The position numbers and the translations under genes are program-made. A stretch of 61,759 bases of DNA, the filler included, from Choristocarpus tenellus KU-1152 (lineage: Eukaryota; Protista; Phaeophyceae), in assembly GCA_964200185.2 (NCBI GenBank). It is 7 parts of 7 records of this genome, joined end to end, with 100 filler letters (N's around TTAATTAATTAA, not from the genome) between each part and the next. Parts side by side here need not be neighbours in the genome. Positions count along the whole stretch, not along the records: positions 1 to 18,054 come from CAXNAD020000584.1; positions 18,155 to 31,746 come from CAXNAD020001439.1; 5 more parts are not named here. One strand, written 5' to 3'. Shown here piece after piece: positions 13,001 to 25,874 of the stretch (the first letter of the stretch is position 1; every line of letters starts with the position of its first letter). The notes under the pieces are model-generated. The model did not search any database. It was not told where the DNA came from and worked only from the letters and a program-made list of their open reading frames with translations.

Positions 13001-15775
13001 AATCAAACAACACCTCCTGCATACGGACCGTACCCCACCCCCCCCCCCCCCCCCCCCCACACCCGCGGCCCCCCCCGACTCGCTGGNNNNNNNNNNTATG
13101 GATGGATAATGAAAGTGCACTTTTCCTGGTTTGGGTCCAAATGGACACTCGGGTGCAGACCCCCCCCTCCCCCAACAAAGATCCTTTGTCAATCTGACCT
13201 GTGTTGATTGCCTTGAGATCCATCACTCTAGAAAGTGACTCTCGGAGCTCCCCAAGCTCCCCATCTATCCTTTGCACAGCACACTCCTTCTTCCTGAGTG
13301 CTGTCTCAAGATGGTGAAGCTCTGCCTATACATCAATGACAGTGGGAGATAGATGGAGGTGATGTAGAGATGTGGCGGAGCAGGGAGGGGCAGGGTGCAG
13401 CATGAAGGGCAGGGGGGGGGGGGGGGGGGGCAGGGGGAATAAAATAGGAATTGTGATGGGAAGAGAGGAAGAGGGTGAGCTACTACAATACAAACAACAT
13501 CTATACAACAGGACCTCTTTCCACTACTAGGCACACTATTGTAACGATATTCAACCCTTCTTCTTCTTTCCTAACTATATAATAAAATATACAGGTACTT
13601 TGAAGCAATTTCTTCGTTTCAAAAAACATATACAGGACTCCTGCAGCAAGTACCGGTTCCCACATCGCCTCCCAAGTACTACAGCATCAGTAGGACAACC
13701 TCAAGACATGAAAAGAGTATAAATTAAAAAATATGTTGTGCATGGGACCGACCTTGCCGGATTTTTTTTTAATAGTACACTTGAAATCATATGCTCTTTA
13801 TTAGGTGGTGCCCATACATAGGATGGGGCAGGGGCAATTTCCAGCCAAGCCAATTGTGAGTGCCATTGCTTGCTCATGCCATCCAATGTGCACCCTCATG
13901 CGTTTGAGAGCGCTCTGTGAGTGGGCTGAGGCGTTGTTTCACAGCAGGATCTGGGACTTCAAAGTCCAAAAACCACATAGCAGTGATAAACTCTCTATAA
14001 AGCATTGATATAGTACTGGCTTTTAAATTGTTTCATAACCAAGATACAATGATTTGACAACTACCTTCACATAACATCATACCATGAATCCACATGTATA
14101 CATCTGCCCATCCAACCTAAAAAGAAGCAACTAATCAAGACATCATTTTTCACTGTCTCACTCCTCACCCCCTCCCCCCCCCCCTCAAAAGAGGTGTTAG
14201 CATGTCAGCAGGCTAGGGGGAGGAAGTACACTATTGTGCATCATTCAAATTCTATACCACGAGGTCCTTTAGTTACTTTTTCTTTTTCCTCCATCATACT
14301 TTCCAATTAAGAAATAAAATATTAAACCAATACTACATAGAGTCATTTTTTTTTTTTTTTTGTACAATTATAACCGCCTCCCTTTTATCACTGTGGGGTA
14401 GAATATCTGTAACTCACAATACACTGCAAAAATATAAAAAATATGATATCATAGTGTTAATTAAAATGTATATATATTAAGAGCCGGTGTAAACATGAGA
14501 GGTACCCCAGGGTAAGCATTTAACGAATGCCAGAAAATAATACCTTTTTTTTGTGGAAAATTTGACTCTTTTTGTACAAGCACGAACAGAGACTTTCCTG
14601 CATACCGTCAAACAATTCCAAGTATCAGAGAAATAAATCAATAAATCAATAAATCAATAAAATAAAAAAATTCTCAACTCCATCTTTGCGCTTCATCCAT
14701 GGAAACAAAATGTGGGTTAAGTCCTAAGCATCTAATAAAAAGGGGGTGACATGAGGTGCAAAACATCCAAAAATTGAGCACCTTCTTGTTTTATTTTACC
14801 CTGGTTCCATCGTACCACTGTAATGACAGTAACATCACTACTGTCCCAGACAAGGAAAGCAAACAAGGGTGAAAAATTAAAAAATCATAAATTGAGAAAT
14901 TGAGTGTCCTGGATACTGGCACCGTTGTACAAGAGGCGTGCAAACACAGAAATAATACAAAATAAAACATTCTATTATTACAGTATCAATGAGATTAGCT
15001 AGAACAAATAAAAGAAAGCGCTTCTAGCTTGAGCCTATTATTATCATCAAAACCAACCTGGCGCATTTCCGTCACAAGCCCAGCTGACCAAGGATCAACG
15101 ACCTATTGGACAAGAAAATACACTCATCCATCCATCCATCCATCCATCCATCCAGGCTGGTGGGGCATTGACGGGAATCATTTTTTTTCTTACAAGATTG
15201 TACTCCCAGCCCTAATCACGCCTTCTCTTTGCAACTGCCTGTCTTTGTGTGATCTCTCAACATCTACAATAACAACTGTAAGCATCTCATACCAATAGTA
15301 AGGGGCGGAGGGAGTCTGCAAGGAACCTCAGGCGACGCGATGGATGTTCTGGGGGATCGTGATCGATACAGTACACACACACACTGAGACGTATCACACC
15401 TCACCACGGGACACAATCGAGACAAAAAAAAAACGCTGTCGTTTCCACACATAATACAAAAATGAATCATTTGCAATATCTATCGTATTGATGTATCATC
15501 GTACACTTTGGAAATAAGATTTTTTTTTGAAGTTTTTTTTTCAAAAAGTATGTAGGGTGCATATATCTTAAATATTTGAATCCCTCCCCCCGCCCCCACT
15601 TGGTGAAAAAAGGGAGGGAGAGAGGGGGGGGGGGGAAGAGGGGGGATTTATAGATGGCTGTATATTGGACGTTCTTCTTTGTCCAAGAAATAAATAGCAC
15701 CTGCTTTGTCTTCACCATAAACTTAAAGTGGTTCTCCTGCTCCACCACCTCGGACAGCTCACGCTGCAACACAAC
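9032..15775 (-). pseudogene. SbcC/Rad50-like SMC-family ATPase, C-terminal half, frameshifted
   Basis: Exons 15775-15701, 13325-13199, 11935-11848, 11127-10799, 10278-10186 (GC donor), 9175-9032. Coiled coil, then EHFSVRGVQAFVF..YLYSISDG, ABC signature LSQLSGDQWRR, Walker B LLVLDE, LDASSRERV, STVLVVLQ..EELQDVFD. Exon 11127-10799 is out of phase because of a 10-bp tandem duplication at 10998-11017. No Walker A/N-terminal exons found before the 18055 linker. Confidence 0.8.
13097..13190. mobile_element. MITE family B partial copy, intronic, broken by N gap
   Basis: GGATGGATAATGAAAGTGCACTTTTCCTGG...CCAAATGGACAC...C-run matches 43768-43945. Confidence 0.8.
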
Positions 15776-18054
15776 CTGCACACACAACAAAAACGTAGTC
15801 AAGATGAGACTGACTCACACGTGAGTGAAGGCAACAAAAAACGACATCCATCACGATTGGTGATAGTATGTGCAGGGTCGATGAGGCAATCAGAAGTGTT
15901 TGATGTGAAATGAAATAGGAGCAGGCACCACGAGGAAGTATGTACGGGTTGTACACACATTGGTACAAGTCGGAAGGAAGTGAAGCACAGGTTCACTAAC
16001 CGCTGTCCACAGGTAGATGGAAGAGAGATTGATATCATGTCATCAATAAATGATATGTTGTCGTGCTAGCTTCACTGTATCCCCTGCCTGACCCCCCTCT
16101 GTGTTAAAGTATCCCCCGAATCATGTATGAGTAGAAGAGACAAACACAGGAATGTTATTGCCAAATGTTGTAGAGTGATTAATCCCGACCAGAGGGGTGA
16201 CCACACCGCTTCAAGTCACCACGCTTATTAGAGTCAGCTCCTATCCATTCCTTCATATATACAAGAGCAAATCTGGGTTTACCATCAAATAACTCTTGTT
16301 TTCTGACTCCAAATACATACCACTAGTGATCTCTCATACCGTTGGAGGAGTCTATTCGAACGCCCCCCACAAATGCCACGCTTGTGCGATATTTAGTGCA
16401 GTAAAGTGGATGAGGTTGTCCCCTAAAATAACCTTCCCCGAACACAAAAGATATGATACGGACCAAATCTCTGATGTACACCGTGTTGCTTTTGTGAGCA
16501 ACATTTTGTTTGTATAGGGACATGCGTTGTAGTAGTGCACACACTCAATGTTGCTATTAGTATACATGAAATAATAAATGTCTGTGTAGCAAGATGGTGT
16601 GACTAGAATGATTCACAAGGGATGGATAGGAGTCCTAGAATATCGTGATGTTCGAGTAAACGTTGTACGAAGTATATTGCTCGGTAATTTCTGAGATCGT
16701 TTGCTAGGATGAACGTTATGTATCATTCACTCATACTCCGTCTGGAGTATAAATGTGCAGTTTCACACTATGCAAATAATAGCAGTACTTCCGAGGTTAG
16801 GGAAGATTCAGTTTCAAATACAGACAAGTCTTAACAATGAAATATTGAAAAATCAACAAGCACTAGGAATTTCACCTTCCACCTGCAGACCAGCAATCAA
16901 CCCTGTGCCTAGACCATCCTCTCACGGCCCTCGTTATAGTGTGTTTCACCTTTGCGGGTATGCTATATAGGAACTAACAAATAAAGAGAAAGAAAATGTA
17001 AGATGCTTCGCACTTGTGTCACAGGACTCTCAATCGTGAAGCAGGACACCTCCCTATAGTTGCCTTTATCCTACCATTATTACCAGATTCTAGTACCTAC
17101 TTGCAAATCTTTGTACGGGTTAAGCACGGTCCCAGCTTATGTGAGGACCAAAGGGGCATCTTTCGTAACAAATACAACAACCCGCCCTGGATCGGGCGCA
17201 CGGGTTCAACATGTTCACAATCAACTATCCCGTCTCAATTGCAGTACTCTGTAAGGAGTCAGAGGTATATCTACTACCACATACCAAATACAAAACATGA
17301 CCAAATATGGAACAAGCGTTAGAAAAAACAAATATATCAAAAACAACAAGTATATAAAAAACAAAAAATATTCTATTCCACTTCCATACCCCCAAATCAT
17401 ACCTCATATGGGGCAGCAATGTCACCCACTTCCTCGAAAAACAAAGAGATGGAAACTACTTCGTGTTATGCTAATCTTTGCATGCACCACATGTTGGCAT
17501 ACATGGAAGTCCACACACCCAATTGTTTGTTCGAGTACAGCAGTGAACATTGGTGTGCTTGCTCGATCTCCACCCACTCATCATGTCCTCTTCTCGACTA
17601 TCAGCAAGTGCCTGCAACCTCATACCCAACCATAGATACAAGTTAGTCCGGGGATGCTACTATTAAGCTTTCACAAGTCATACAGATAGAGTTTCTTGTG
17701 CGTATTATTCTTCACAATCATTATAGAAAAAAGTGCCGATTCATTGTTTTAGTGTACAATGGACAGATGACACCCCTCAGCACCCCTCTACTCCAGAGAT
17801 TTACCGATCCCTACAGAGTATTACCTCTTTCCCAAAACTCCTGGTATAAAAAATGGTCCCTGCCCTGATAGATTTTACACAAATTGTACCACTCCACAAA
17901 ATGGTCTTCTACCTCCCAGCCAAGGATGCTCCACCTTGTCCACCCCCTCGGTCTCATCAGTGCCATCAGCTTCTAAATGTTTTGTTCATTTTCGTTTTTC
18001 CTCGGGGGACGAACATCCTGCTACCTGCCACCACTATGAGGTACGACCTTGCTT

Positions 18055-18154
18055 NNNNNNNNNNNNNNNNNNNNNNNNNNNNNNNNNNNNNNNNNNNNTT
18101 AATTAATTAANNNNNNNNNNNNNNNNNNNNNNNNNNNNNNNNNNNNNNNNNNNN
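18055..18154. other. Artificial contig linker; identical linkers at 31747-31846, 40239-40338, 50405-50504, 53182-53281, 58382-58481
   Basis: 100 nt of N with a central TTAATTAATTAA (stops in all six frames), repeated six times. Confidence 0.97.
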
Positions 18155-18847
18155 TCTCTGGCTCTCTCTGTTGTTTCTCTATTGGTTGTGTTCTGTCTTG
18201 TCCTTCATGTTGTCCCCCCCCCCCCCCCTATCAAAACACCATCTTCTCCAAAATGCCAGTGAGCATAAATTCTACATAAACATGTCCATGATTTCAGCTG
18301 TTAGCTGCCAGTAAAAACACCGACAGTTCACTTATTGATTATAAGAGGTTTATCCCTGTATAACTACCTACACTCTCTAGTGGTGTCGTACTTGGGTGGG
18401 CGTGGAACCTATCTGGTACCAGTGTACTGCACACTGATAATAAATATTTGTACCGTACTCTGCGATGTACACAACGATGAATAAAAACGCACAAATGCGC
18501 AATGCACTTACCTTGTACTTACTGCAAGCATGTATAGCACAGCAGGAGAGGTAGTGAGCTAAGTCAACGAGATGTACCCAGGCTTGATTTTTAGGGATGT
18601 TGACAAATGCACAAAATGAGCCTGTTTGTATTAATGCATATTATAAGGATACTTCTGAATTATGTCCAAAATCAACGAACTCAAGTCAATCTTATACTTC
18701 CATAGAAATGAAAGGAATTGCAAAAGACAAGAAAGTGGCTTAAAATGTAACATGACCAAAAACTGGGTGCCTCTCGTTTTCTTTGGCTCGGTAGTAAAAT
18801 GTGAAATAATAGATGTAGTAGCGAGTGGTAGATATGGACATGAGATA

Positions 18848-19104
18848 GAGTCAAACCAACTGAAAGGTAGGCAGGTTTGGAACCTTTTGCATTCTAATCC
18901 ATCTTTCTTACCCTGTGCAATATAGTCTATTTCATTGTTTTATGCGCATAATATTGTGCACAAAAATTGATACTCCCCCTTTACACACAAAGCGGCACCA
19001 CAATTCAGCAAATGCTATTTCTGCAATTTACAAAATGAGGTATTTTTGCTCTTTCTTGGGATCCTTAAAATGCAACCCTGCCGACCTCTCAGTTGGTTTG
19101 ACTC
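18848..19104. mobile_element. MITE family C copy (~257 bp)
   Basis: 28-bp TIR GAGTCAAACCAACTGAAAGGTAGGCAGG / CCTGCCGACCTCTCAGTTGGTTTGACTC. Confidence 0.88.
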
Positions 19105-19516
19105 CGCACTACCTATCCTACCTGCTGCTCATTTTCCATATGTAGTATGATGTTGGCTGGTGTAGGAGGCTTCATTATCATTTGTGACATATCGCTGAGA
19201 CTTCCCCGACTAGATGCTCAACTCAGTATTCCGTCATAGATTAAGGTTGGTACAGATACTAATAATACCGCTTGGAATACATAGATATAAAAATAGGAAT
19301 AGAGATAGAAGTATTAATAGTGTGTGGAAAGAGATAGCGAATCATCCATGGTGACACATTGTTAGGTAGGGTCGGCAAGGGCTGGCAATACGCATCTACC
19401 CTTTCCCCACATAGAGAGGAAACGTATGTATACCTAGACAAAAGAGACGAATCAAAAATAATGTGGAAGAAAGTAGAGAGTATCTCTCTCCAATACAACA
19501 AACATAAGGATTCACA

Positions 19517-20047
19517 GAATCAAACCAACTGAGAGGTAGGCAAGGTTGAATTTCAGTCAAAGTATGTTAGAGGGTAGAGCCGAGTCTGTTTGGCGACCAA
19601 AATCCAATGTGAAGACTTTGATATAATTTTGGCTATCATGTTTGTTAGGAAGCGTCAATATCCTCGTTCCAGACACACCTTTTCATAACATAGGCATTAT
19701 ATCTACTCCGAAACATTTCTGGGTAGGTGGAATGTCATAAAGAACCCGTGGGAAGTGCCCCAGCCCCAGCCCCAAATGGACAAACAGGGCAAAAGTCCTA
19801 CCCTCTAAGATACTTTTACTCATTTTAAGGATCTTAAGAAAGGACAAAACTATGTCATTTTATACCATTGCAGAAGAGCCTTTGCTGAATTGTGTTGCCA
19901 CTTTGTGTGTAGAAAAGGGGAACATCAATTTTGTATACACTATGAGCACATAATGCAGTGAGATAGAGTGCATTGCACAGGGTAAGAAAGATGATTAAGA
20001 ACCAGCAGAAGGGTTCAAACCTGCCTACCTCACAATTGGTTTGGCTC
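19517..20047. mobile_element. MITE family C copy (inverted relative to 18848), interrupted by a family A insertion
   Basis: Both TIRs present. Removing 19554-19821 plus one ATTT restores GGTTGAATTTTAAGGATC, matching the reverse complement of the intact copy (GGTTGCATTTTAAGGATC) with one mismatch. Confidence 0.85.
19554..19821. mobile_element. MITE family A copy, nested, 4-bp TSD ATTT
   Basis: ~23-bp TIR (C/G)AGTCAAAGTATGTTAGAGGGTA / TACCCTCTAAGATACTTTTACTC flanked by ATTT (19550-53, 19822-25). Confidence 0.9.
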
Positions 20048-20114
20048 ACTTTGCTTTGTAACACAACAATAGAGGTCCTGCACTGACTTAAATTCAACAC
20101 ACACCCTAGGATTT

Positions 20115-20374
20115 AGCTTAAAGAATTTTAGAGAGTAGAGCCACGTCCATTTGGGGATCAAAATCCAATGTTGTGATTTTGATGGAATTTTGGCTATTGT
20201 GTTTATTAGGAAGTGTCAATATCCATGTTTCAGACAAACCTTTTCATAACATACACAGTTTACCTACTCCTAAACATTTTGGAGTAGGAAAATATAATAA
20301 AAGAACCCCATGGGAAGCCAAGCCCCAAATGGACAAACAAGACAAAACTCGTAAGCTCTAAGATACTTTCACTC
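20115..20374. mobile_element. MITE family A copy, TSD ATTT
   Basis: Full-length homology to 19554-19821; ATTT at 20111-14 and 20375-78. Confidence 0.88.
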
Positions 20375-20428
20375 ATTTACTGTCGCTATTCAAAAGTGTC
20401 AATTACGGAATTTGAACTTACTACCTCA

Positions 20429-20686
20429 GAGTGAAAGTAACTTAGAGGGTACGAGTTTTGCCTGTTATCCGTTTGGGGCTTGGCTTTCCACGGGTTCTTA
20501 ATGACATTTTATCTACTCTGAAATGTTTCGGAGTAGGTAAAATGTACACGCCATGAAAAGTTGTGTCTGGAATAAGGATATTGACACTACCTAACAAAAA
20601 CGATAGCCAAAAATTACATCAAAATCCCAACATTGGATTTTGGCCCCCAAACGGATGTGGCTCTACCCTCTAAGATACTTCGACTC
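20429..20686. mobile_element. MITE family A copy (inverted), TSD CTCA
   Basis: GAGTGAAAGTAACTTAGAGGGTA ... TACCCTCTAAGATACTTCGACTC; CTCA at 20425-28 and 20687-90. Confidence 0.9.
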
Positions 20687-21820
20687 CTCAGCCTCTCACT
20701 CGGTATACATTGCTTCCTCCCCAACAAGGGAGGGTTAACCTAACTACCTACAACGCAAAATGTACTTGAGTACATTTTATTAATATTTGTGCACTATATT
20801 TGACGAAGTTATACAGCTTAAGGGTTCAAGCAAGAATAATGTGGAAATGTAGGAGATTGTATTTGATTCAATTTGCCTTATGTGACCCACAGAAACGGAA
20901 CTTCCACTCTTCTTGGGGGCAACCCATTTTCTACATTTAAAATCTATTATTACAAGTAGAACAGGGGTACATTGATTCTCTAGGAGCATTATCGTTTATG
21001 CTTCAATTGGTTTCATGATCTCATGGAGCTCAAAAATGTAACACCTATTTTTTCTTGCCCACGCGTTCCCTAGTTTTGTTTTTAATGAATGAAATGTTGA
21101 TTCTAATGTTGTAGACATGCTGCATGTAGAAATATTCCTATTGTAAGCACAACATAGAGCAGACTCTCTGGATGTTTATGTTCCTTGTGTTAGTTTTGTT
21201 GCTACTTCAAAGTATGTGCTTTTTTCTGTATCCCCCGTCGCAATATGCTCTGCAAAATGTAAGTTTCATAGATACTTTGATTTACCAATAATAATACATG
21301 ATGTGTTTCGTCGTAAACATACTACTATACCTTTAATATGTCATGGGACAAATGCCCGCAAAAACTGGCAATATTTTGTCTAAAGGGAGGGACTAGGTCA
21401 CGGACAACATAAATTCTTGGAACCCCCCATTAGAGAAAGGGGGGTCTACCCATAGTAACAAATATCGACTGCTCCAGTGATTGCTAGTATTAATTGTATC
21501 TTGATATTATTATTTCTTCAGATCAGTTTGGGGACTACCCTGGATATGGTCAGGGGCACTATACACTGCACACTTTTCCTCATTCTCCACAGCCACTACA
21601 GTTAATTTCTTCACTACGACCAATTATACTGCCTCTGTTCATGCCATTGCGCATTGGGTTCAACCATCATACCGCTTCCCACTTTGCATCCTCTTGATTC
21701 TTGTTCTGGACCCACCTCTGCGTCATTCCACAATGAATCCTTGCCAACTTGTATAGGGTCTTGCATGCTTTTGTGGTATAGCAACAGCCATGTAGTAGGA
21801 AGTAGAAGAAGGCGCACAGA

Positions 21821-22064
21821 GAATAGAAGTATCTTTGAGGGTACGAGTTTTGTCCTGTTCGTCCGTTTGGGGCTTGGCTTCCCACGGGTTTTTTAATGAC
21901 ATTTTCCTCTTCCAAAATGTCTCGGAGTAGGTATCATGTGTATGTCCGGAACAAGGATATTGACACTTCCTAACAAACACGGTAGTCAAAATCACATCAA
22001 AATCTCAACATTGGATTATGACCCCCAAACAGACGCTGGGATACCCTCTAAGATACTTCGACTC
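21821..22064. mobile_element. MITE family A copy
   Basis: Homologous to 20429-20686 with a small internal deletion; TSD not recognisable. Confidence 0.85.
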
Positions 22065-22899
22065 AATTTCAACTTCCTCACCCCTTCACTCCATACACCA
22101 CATTGCATCAATAACATGGTAGGACCTGCCCAACAATTTGTTTTGTTTTGGCTCAGGAATACTGCCCAAGGTTTGAAGTGGTCTTTCTTGTGGAAGTAGA
22201 GGAGATTTGTCTTGGTTTTCTTTTTGGACCTTATGATGAGGAACACATATTGTGAGAAAATATATTTTTCGAATTTGAAGCATGAGAAGAAATGTATCAT
22301 ATACAGATTGATGCTGAACAAAGTACTACTCCAGAAAAAAATGGTAGTGTAGATCAAAGTTCTGGACGTGGCCCTCATCACACAATGAGAAAAAACGAGC
22401 ACGAAAAATGTACTCAAAGTTTCTGGGGTTCTGGTTTTGGATGGATTAGATGTCTGCTACGATTTTCAATAATATTGTGTACGATAATACTAAGTACGTA
22501 TTAGCAGTTTGGCATTTTGCATTTCGGATCACGAGGAAGATCTCTTACATTGGTAAGCCCTGTGGTTGAACCCAGGTGAGGAGGAACGCACTCATTATTG
22601 GCAGTACACAGTTCACTCTTGTTGCTAAGGCATTGACTGGAAGCTGCTCGTGCATCTCATAGTGATAAATCTGACTTGCAATGTCCTATTGCCCCTTTCC
22701 ATACTGTTCTCAAGTTGCCACCTACATGCACTGTGTGACCTGCTTTAGCTGTTTCTACTGATGCTGTTGGGTCACCTCTGTGGTGGTCCTACCACTACTA
22801 CTTCATTCAAGTCAAGGGGCCCTCACTGACACAGTCCGAAAAAGATCGATCAGTGCAGCTCATTCAATATTTGTGCATCCTGTGGTGGTATACACTCTA

Positions 22900-24000
22900 A
22901 ATGCTTTACAAGTAATGAAGACAGTAAGTAGAGGCATACCTCAAGTGAACTCCACCCTGTCGCAGGTACAACAATAGGAGCTAAAACAGTAACATCCTCC
23001 AGAGCATGAAAATCGAGAAAGAGATGGGCAGACATTGTTAATGTTGACAGCTTTTCAGCTTGAAAGCAGGTAATGAAAATAATTAAAACAATTTAAGTGA
23101 CCTTTCAGCCTCTGGTTCAATTGTGCTCCCTAAGCTTGGATTACCACAGCACATAACTCCCAAGATATCTTGGTTTGATGACAAAACCAGGCCTACTATG
23201 AAAAAGTATGGGTTATAGTATGTTCTTTGTATGGTGTGATCTCTGAAACAAGTGGATATAGATCCTTGAGGTACATAGCAATGCTGCATAATTTATGTTG
23301 TCTTCACAATACATTACACATTCATTCCTACAGACACCCTGGAATAGATGGAGATTTTCGTGCACCCTAGGTGTAGCGTAGTGCTAAACTTGAGTGCAAG
23401 ATATAGAAGCGTTCTTTGCCAGCACTCTCAGTGAGAGCAATAGAGGAGTAGACGAAGAGCACCTCCAAGTTGTCTCAGTCTACCACAGCACACCGTGTGT
23501 TCAGTACAACAGGCAGCAAAAGGTGTGATATTTCGATATGTCTTCCCTTCAGTCCATTGTTGGGGACCCACAGCCGACCATATCAGCCGATGTGATCAGG
23601 AAATACCTTTTGACATTCAGTCTCTTGACCGATGAATACCACATATATTAGAATAAGTTGGGGCATGTGTATGGGAATATACATGCCATTAGTCTGACCT
23701 GAAACAAATGTCTGAACCATAGCCTCCAAACCACACCAACTGCAGGTGTGCTAGCTGTGAACTAAACGGAATCGCAAAGAATTATAATAGTTAATATTCA
23801 GGTGGCAGGGGAGATTGCAGGGTGAAAGCACTCTATCGGGTCAACGCAATATTTAGGCTGCTCCAGTGGTGGTGTAGATGTTGACTTTCTGACAATGTCA
23901 TCTACCCATTAGTGGCGGTACTGCAGATACTAATATCGACATTTGCTGGATTCAGGACAAGATATTGATTGCAGGCATGAACCTGGTAACTGACCTGTTT
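22900..24000 (-). mobile_element. Possible highly decayed LINE reverse-transcriptase relic
   Basis: Broken fragments in RT order: GMYIPIHMPQLILIY, LRQ..STPLLLSLRVLA, PRYLG. Many stops and frameshifts. Confidence 0.25.
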
Positions 24001-24136
24001 GTCTGATTTGTGGAGGAGAAAAACCTACATTTCAGGAAACTCTATCTAGTCTCTCCTTGCACAAGTCAAATTACACACTATTTGTAAGTAGTCAAACTTG
24101 ATCACTTGGTGACAACAACATCACTACTCTCCAAGT

Positions 24137-25589
24137 TCACAGTGGCATCAGGTCGCTGATTCGAAAGCCCACTGCTGGATTGACCTTGACTGCCCGGAAG
24201 CCCTGACTCAGACTCACATTGTCCTGGTCATCGTCAAACAGTATAACCTCTGATGCATCCACACCATAGTGCTCCGCAATAAGTCTTACATGCAATCGCT
24301 TTCCTCTGTTCTCTTCTCGGGGGAACCAGGAGCGGGCCCTTGGATTATAGGCTACAACAAAAAATGAAGCCGCGCGATGAGGGAAACATGCATTTAGTAC
24401 AGCCCAAACCTGCATGCCATATGGGGATATGGGGCGACAATGAAGGGTAAGGTGTTGGGGGCAGCAAGAGTCAGTCAACGAATCTTGAGTGGTGCAATGC
24501 TTCTTGCAACAACACTCCCACATTCCAACATGGTGTCATTCCAGCCCAGTGGTTATATTACAATTTGGTGCACACAATCAACCGTTTCAAGGGGGATTGT
24601 CCAAGAAAATCCTTGGACAAGGGCAACGACAGAAGGTGCTTGCAGAACATCGACTGTGGCACATTGGGAATAAAGACATTTGGACGTGACGGGGGAGTTG
24701 AGGGGGAGATTTCTGTGGGTGCCTGAAGGGGGGGTCGAGATTGGAGCAAGTTCAACAATCACTCAAAAACTCTATTGGTCACTTTTTCTCGAGTTGCCCA
24801 CTCGAGGCGCACGCAAGTCCAGCAACCGAGGGATGCAAAAGTGGTGTCTAACTATGGCGTGTCTGCCAATTTGAGCACAGCCAATGGTGCACACCTCCTC
24901 AAATTTCTCACCAGATCTTCTCCCAGAAGGTGTGTCCGCGGAGTACGTCCCTGCAGCCAATTGTACTCCGCACGATCTGAATGTGTTGCCACAGCGACGT
25001 TCAGACCTTCCTCAATGAGAATTGGCACTGCTATCAAAAAGTCTGGGGTGACCTTTGCTAAGAACTTTGGCAGATTCTGATGAGTCATACGCCCTCGAGA
25101 ATGCTGTGCTACCAGGCACTGGTCCATGTCAAAGGCAGCCACCTTGAAACATGGAACAAGACTATTCCTCAGATACACTCCCGTGCGAAGGAGTGTGTAG
25201 CACAGGGATAGCACCAACAGCAGAAAGGTCTGACCCAGTCAAACTGAAATACTCCTATGCAACACGAACCATGCCTTCCTTGGTGCAGTTGAGACGTATC
25301 TTCGTCTGTGTCCTGTACCAACAACTTTCATAATAGTGAGGTGGACCTTTCACCACTGATAATGTCCACGGACACGGTCTGCACTCTAGTGTTTCTTGAG
25401 GGTCAGGGCAACACAAGATTCGGCGAGGAAAACCATGGGAATGTCCAGGGATTCTCGCTCTCACCACCAAGTCCAAGACAGTAGACTGCATCATTCACGC
25501 ACCTTTACTCCACTGAATTTGAGAGCGTTTGCCAGTTCCTTCGCCTCGAGCTCCAAGGATGTTATGGTGGTATGATCATCGCTGGACAT
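24137..25589 (-). CDS. HAD-superfamily hydrolase, 3 exons, 196 aa
   Basis: Exons 25589-25503, 25142-24912, 24409-24137, all phase-0 GT-AG. Motif I KVAAFDMDQC, motif II VAVATHS, motif III GKRLH, motif IV VILFDDDQDN; TGA stop. Confidence 0.9.
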
Positions 25590-25874
25590 GTAGCTGAGTC
25601 CTAAATGATTCACTTGCAGGAATCCTATAATAACGGAGTGTACTAGGCACGAGGATTTCCCACAGTGTCCACGTCCGCTTGTCAAGAGGTATGACCTACA
25701 ATTCAGACCACGTCATGTACCTTGTACCACCTTGCTTGCAAGCTTTACGTTATAAATTACTAAGAATAAGATTCCCCCAAAACCTAGATGTATCTCCACG
25801 CCTCTTGATATCAATGGAACACCTTGGCTTTCTCAATTGCAACCTAATTTTGTTTACTCAGCTGTGGATGTGCT
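25590..25874. promoter_or_regulatory. Putative bidirectional promoter between the HAD and RING genes
   Basis: 285 bp between divergent ATGs (25589 on -, 25875 on +). Confidence 0.55.

Noticed and set aside
16215-16650. Imperfect inverted repeat (CTCCTATCCATTCCTT / AAGGGATGGATAGGAG), possible old MITE
   Set aside because: Single copy in the window, short match and no TSD.
18099-18110. Recurrent palindromic TTAATTAATTAA motif
   Set aside because: Always centred in a 100-nt N block; it is an artificial six-frame-stop linker.
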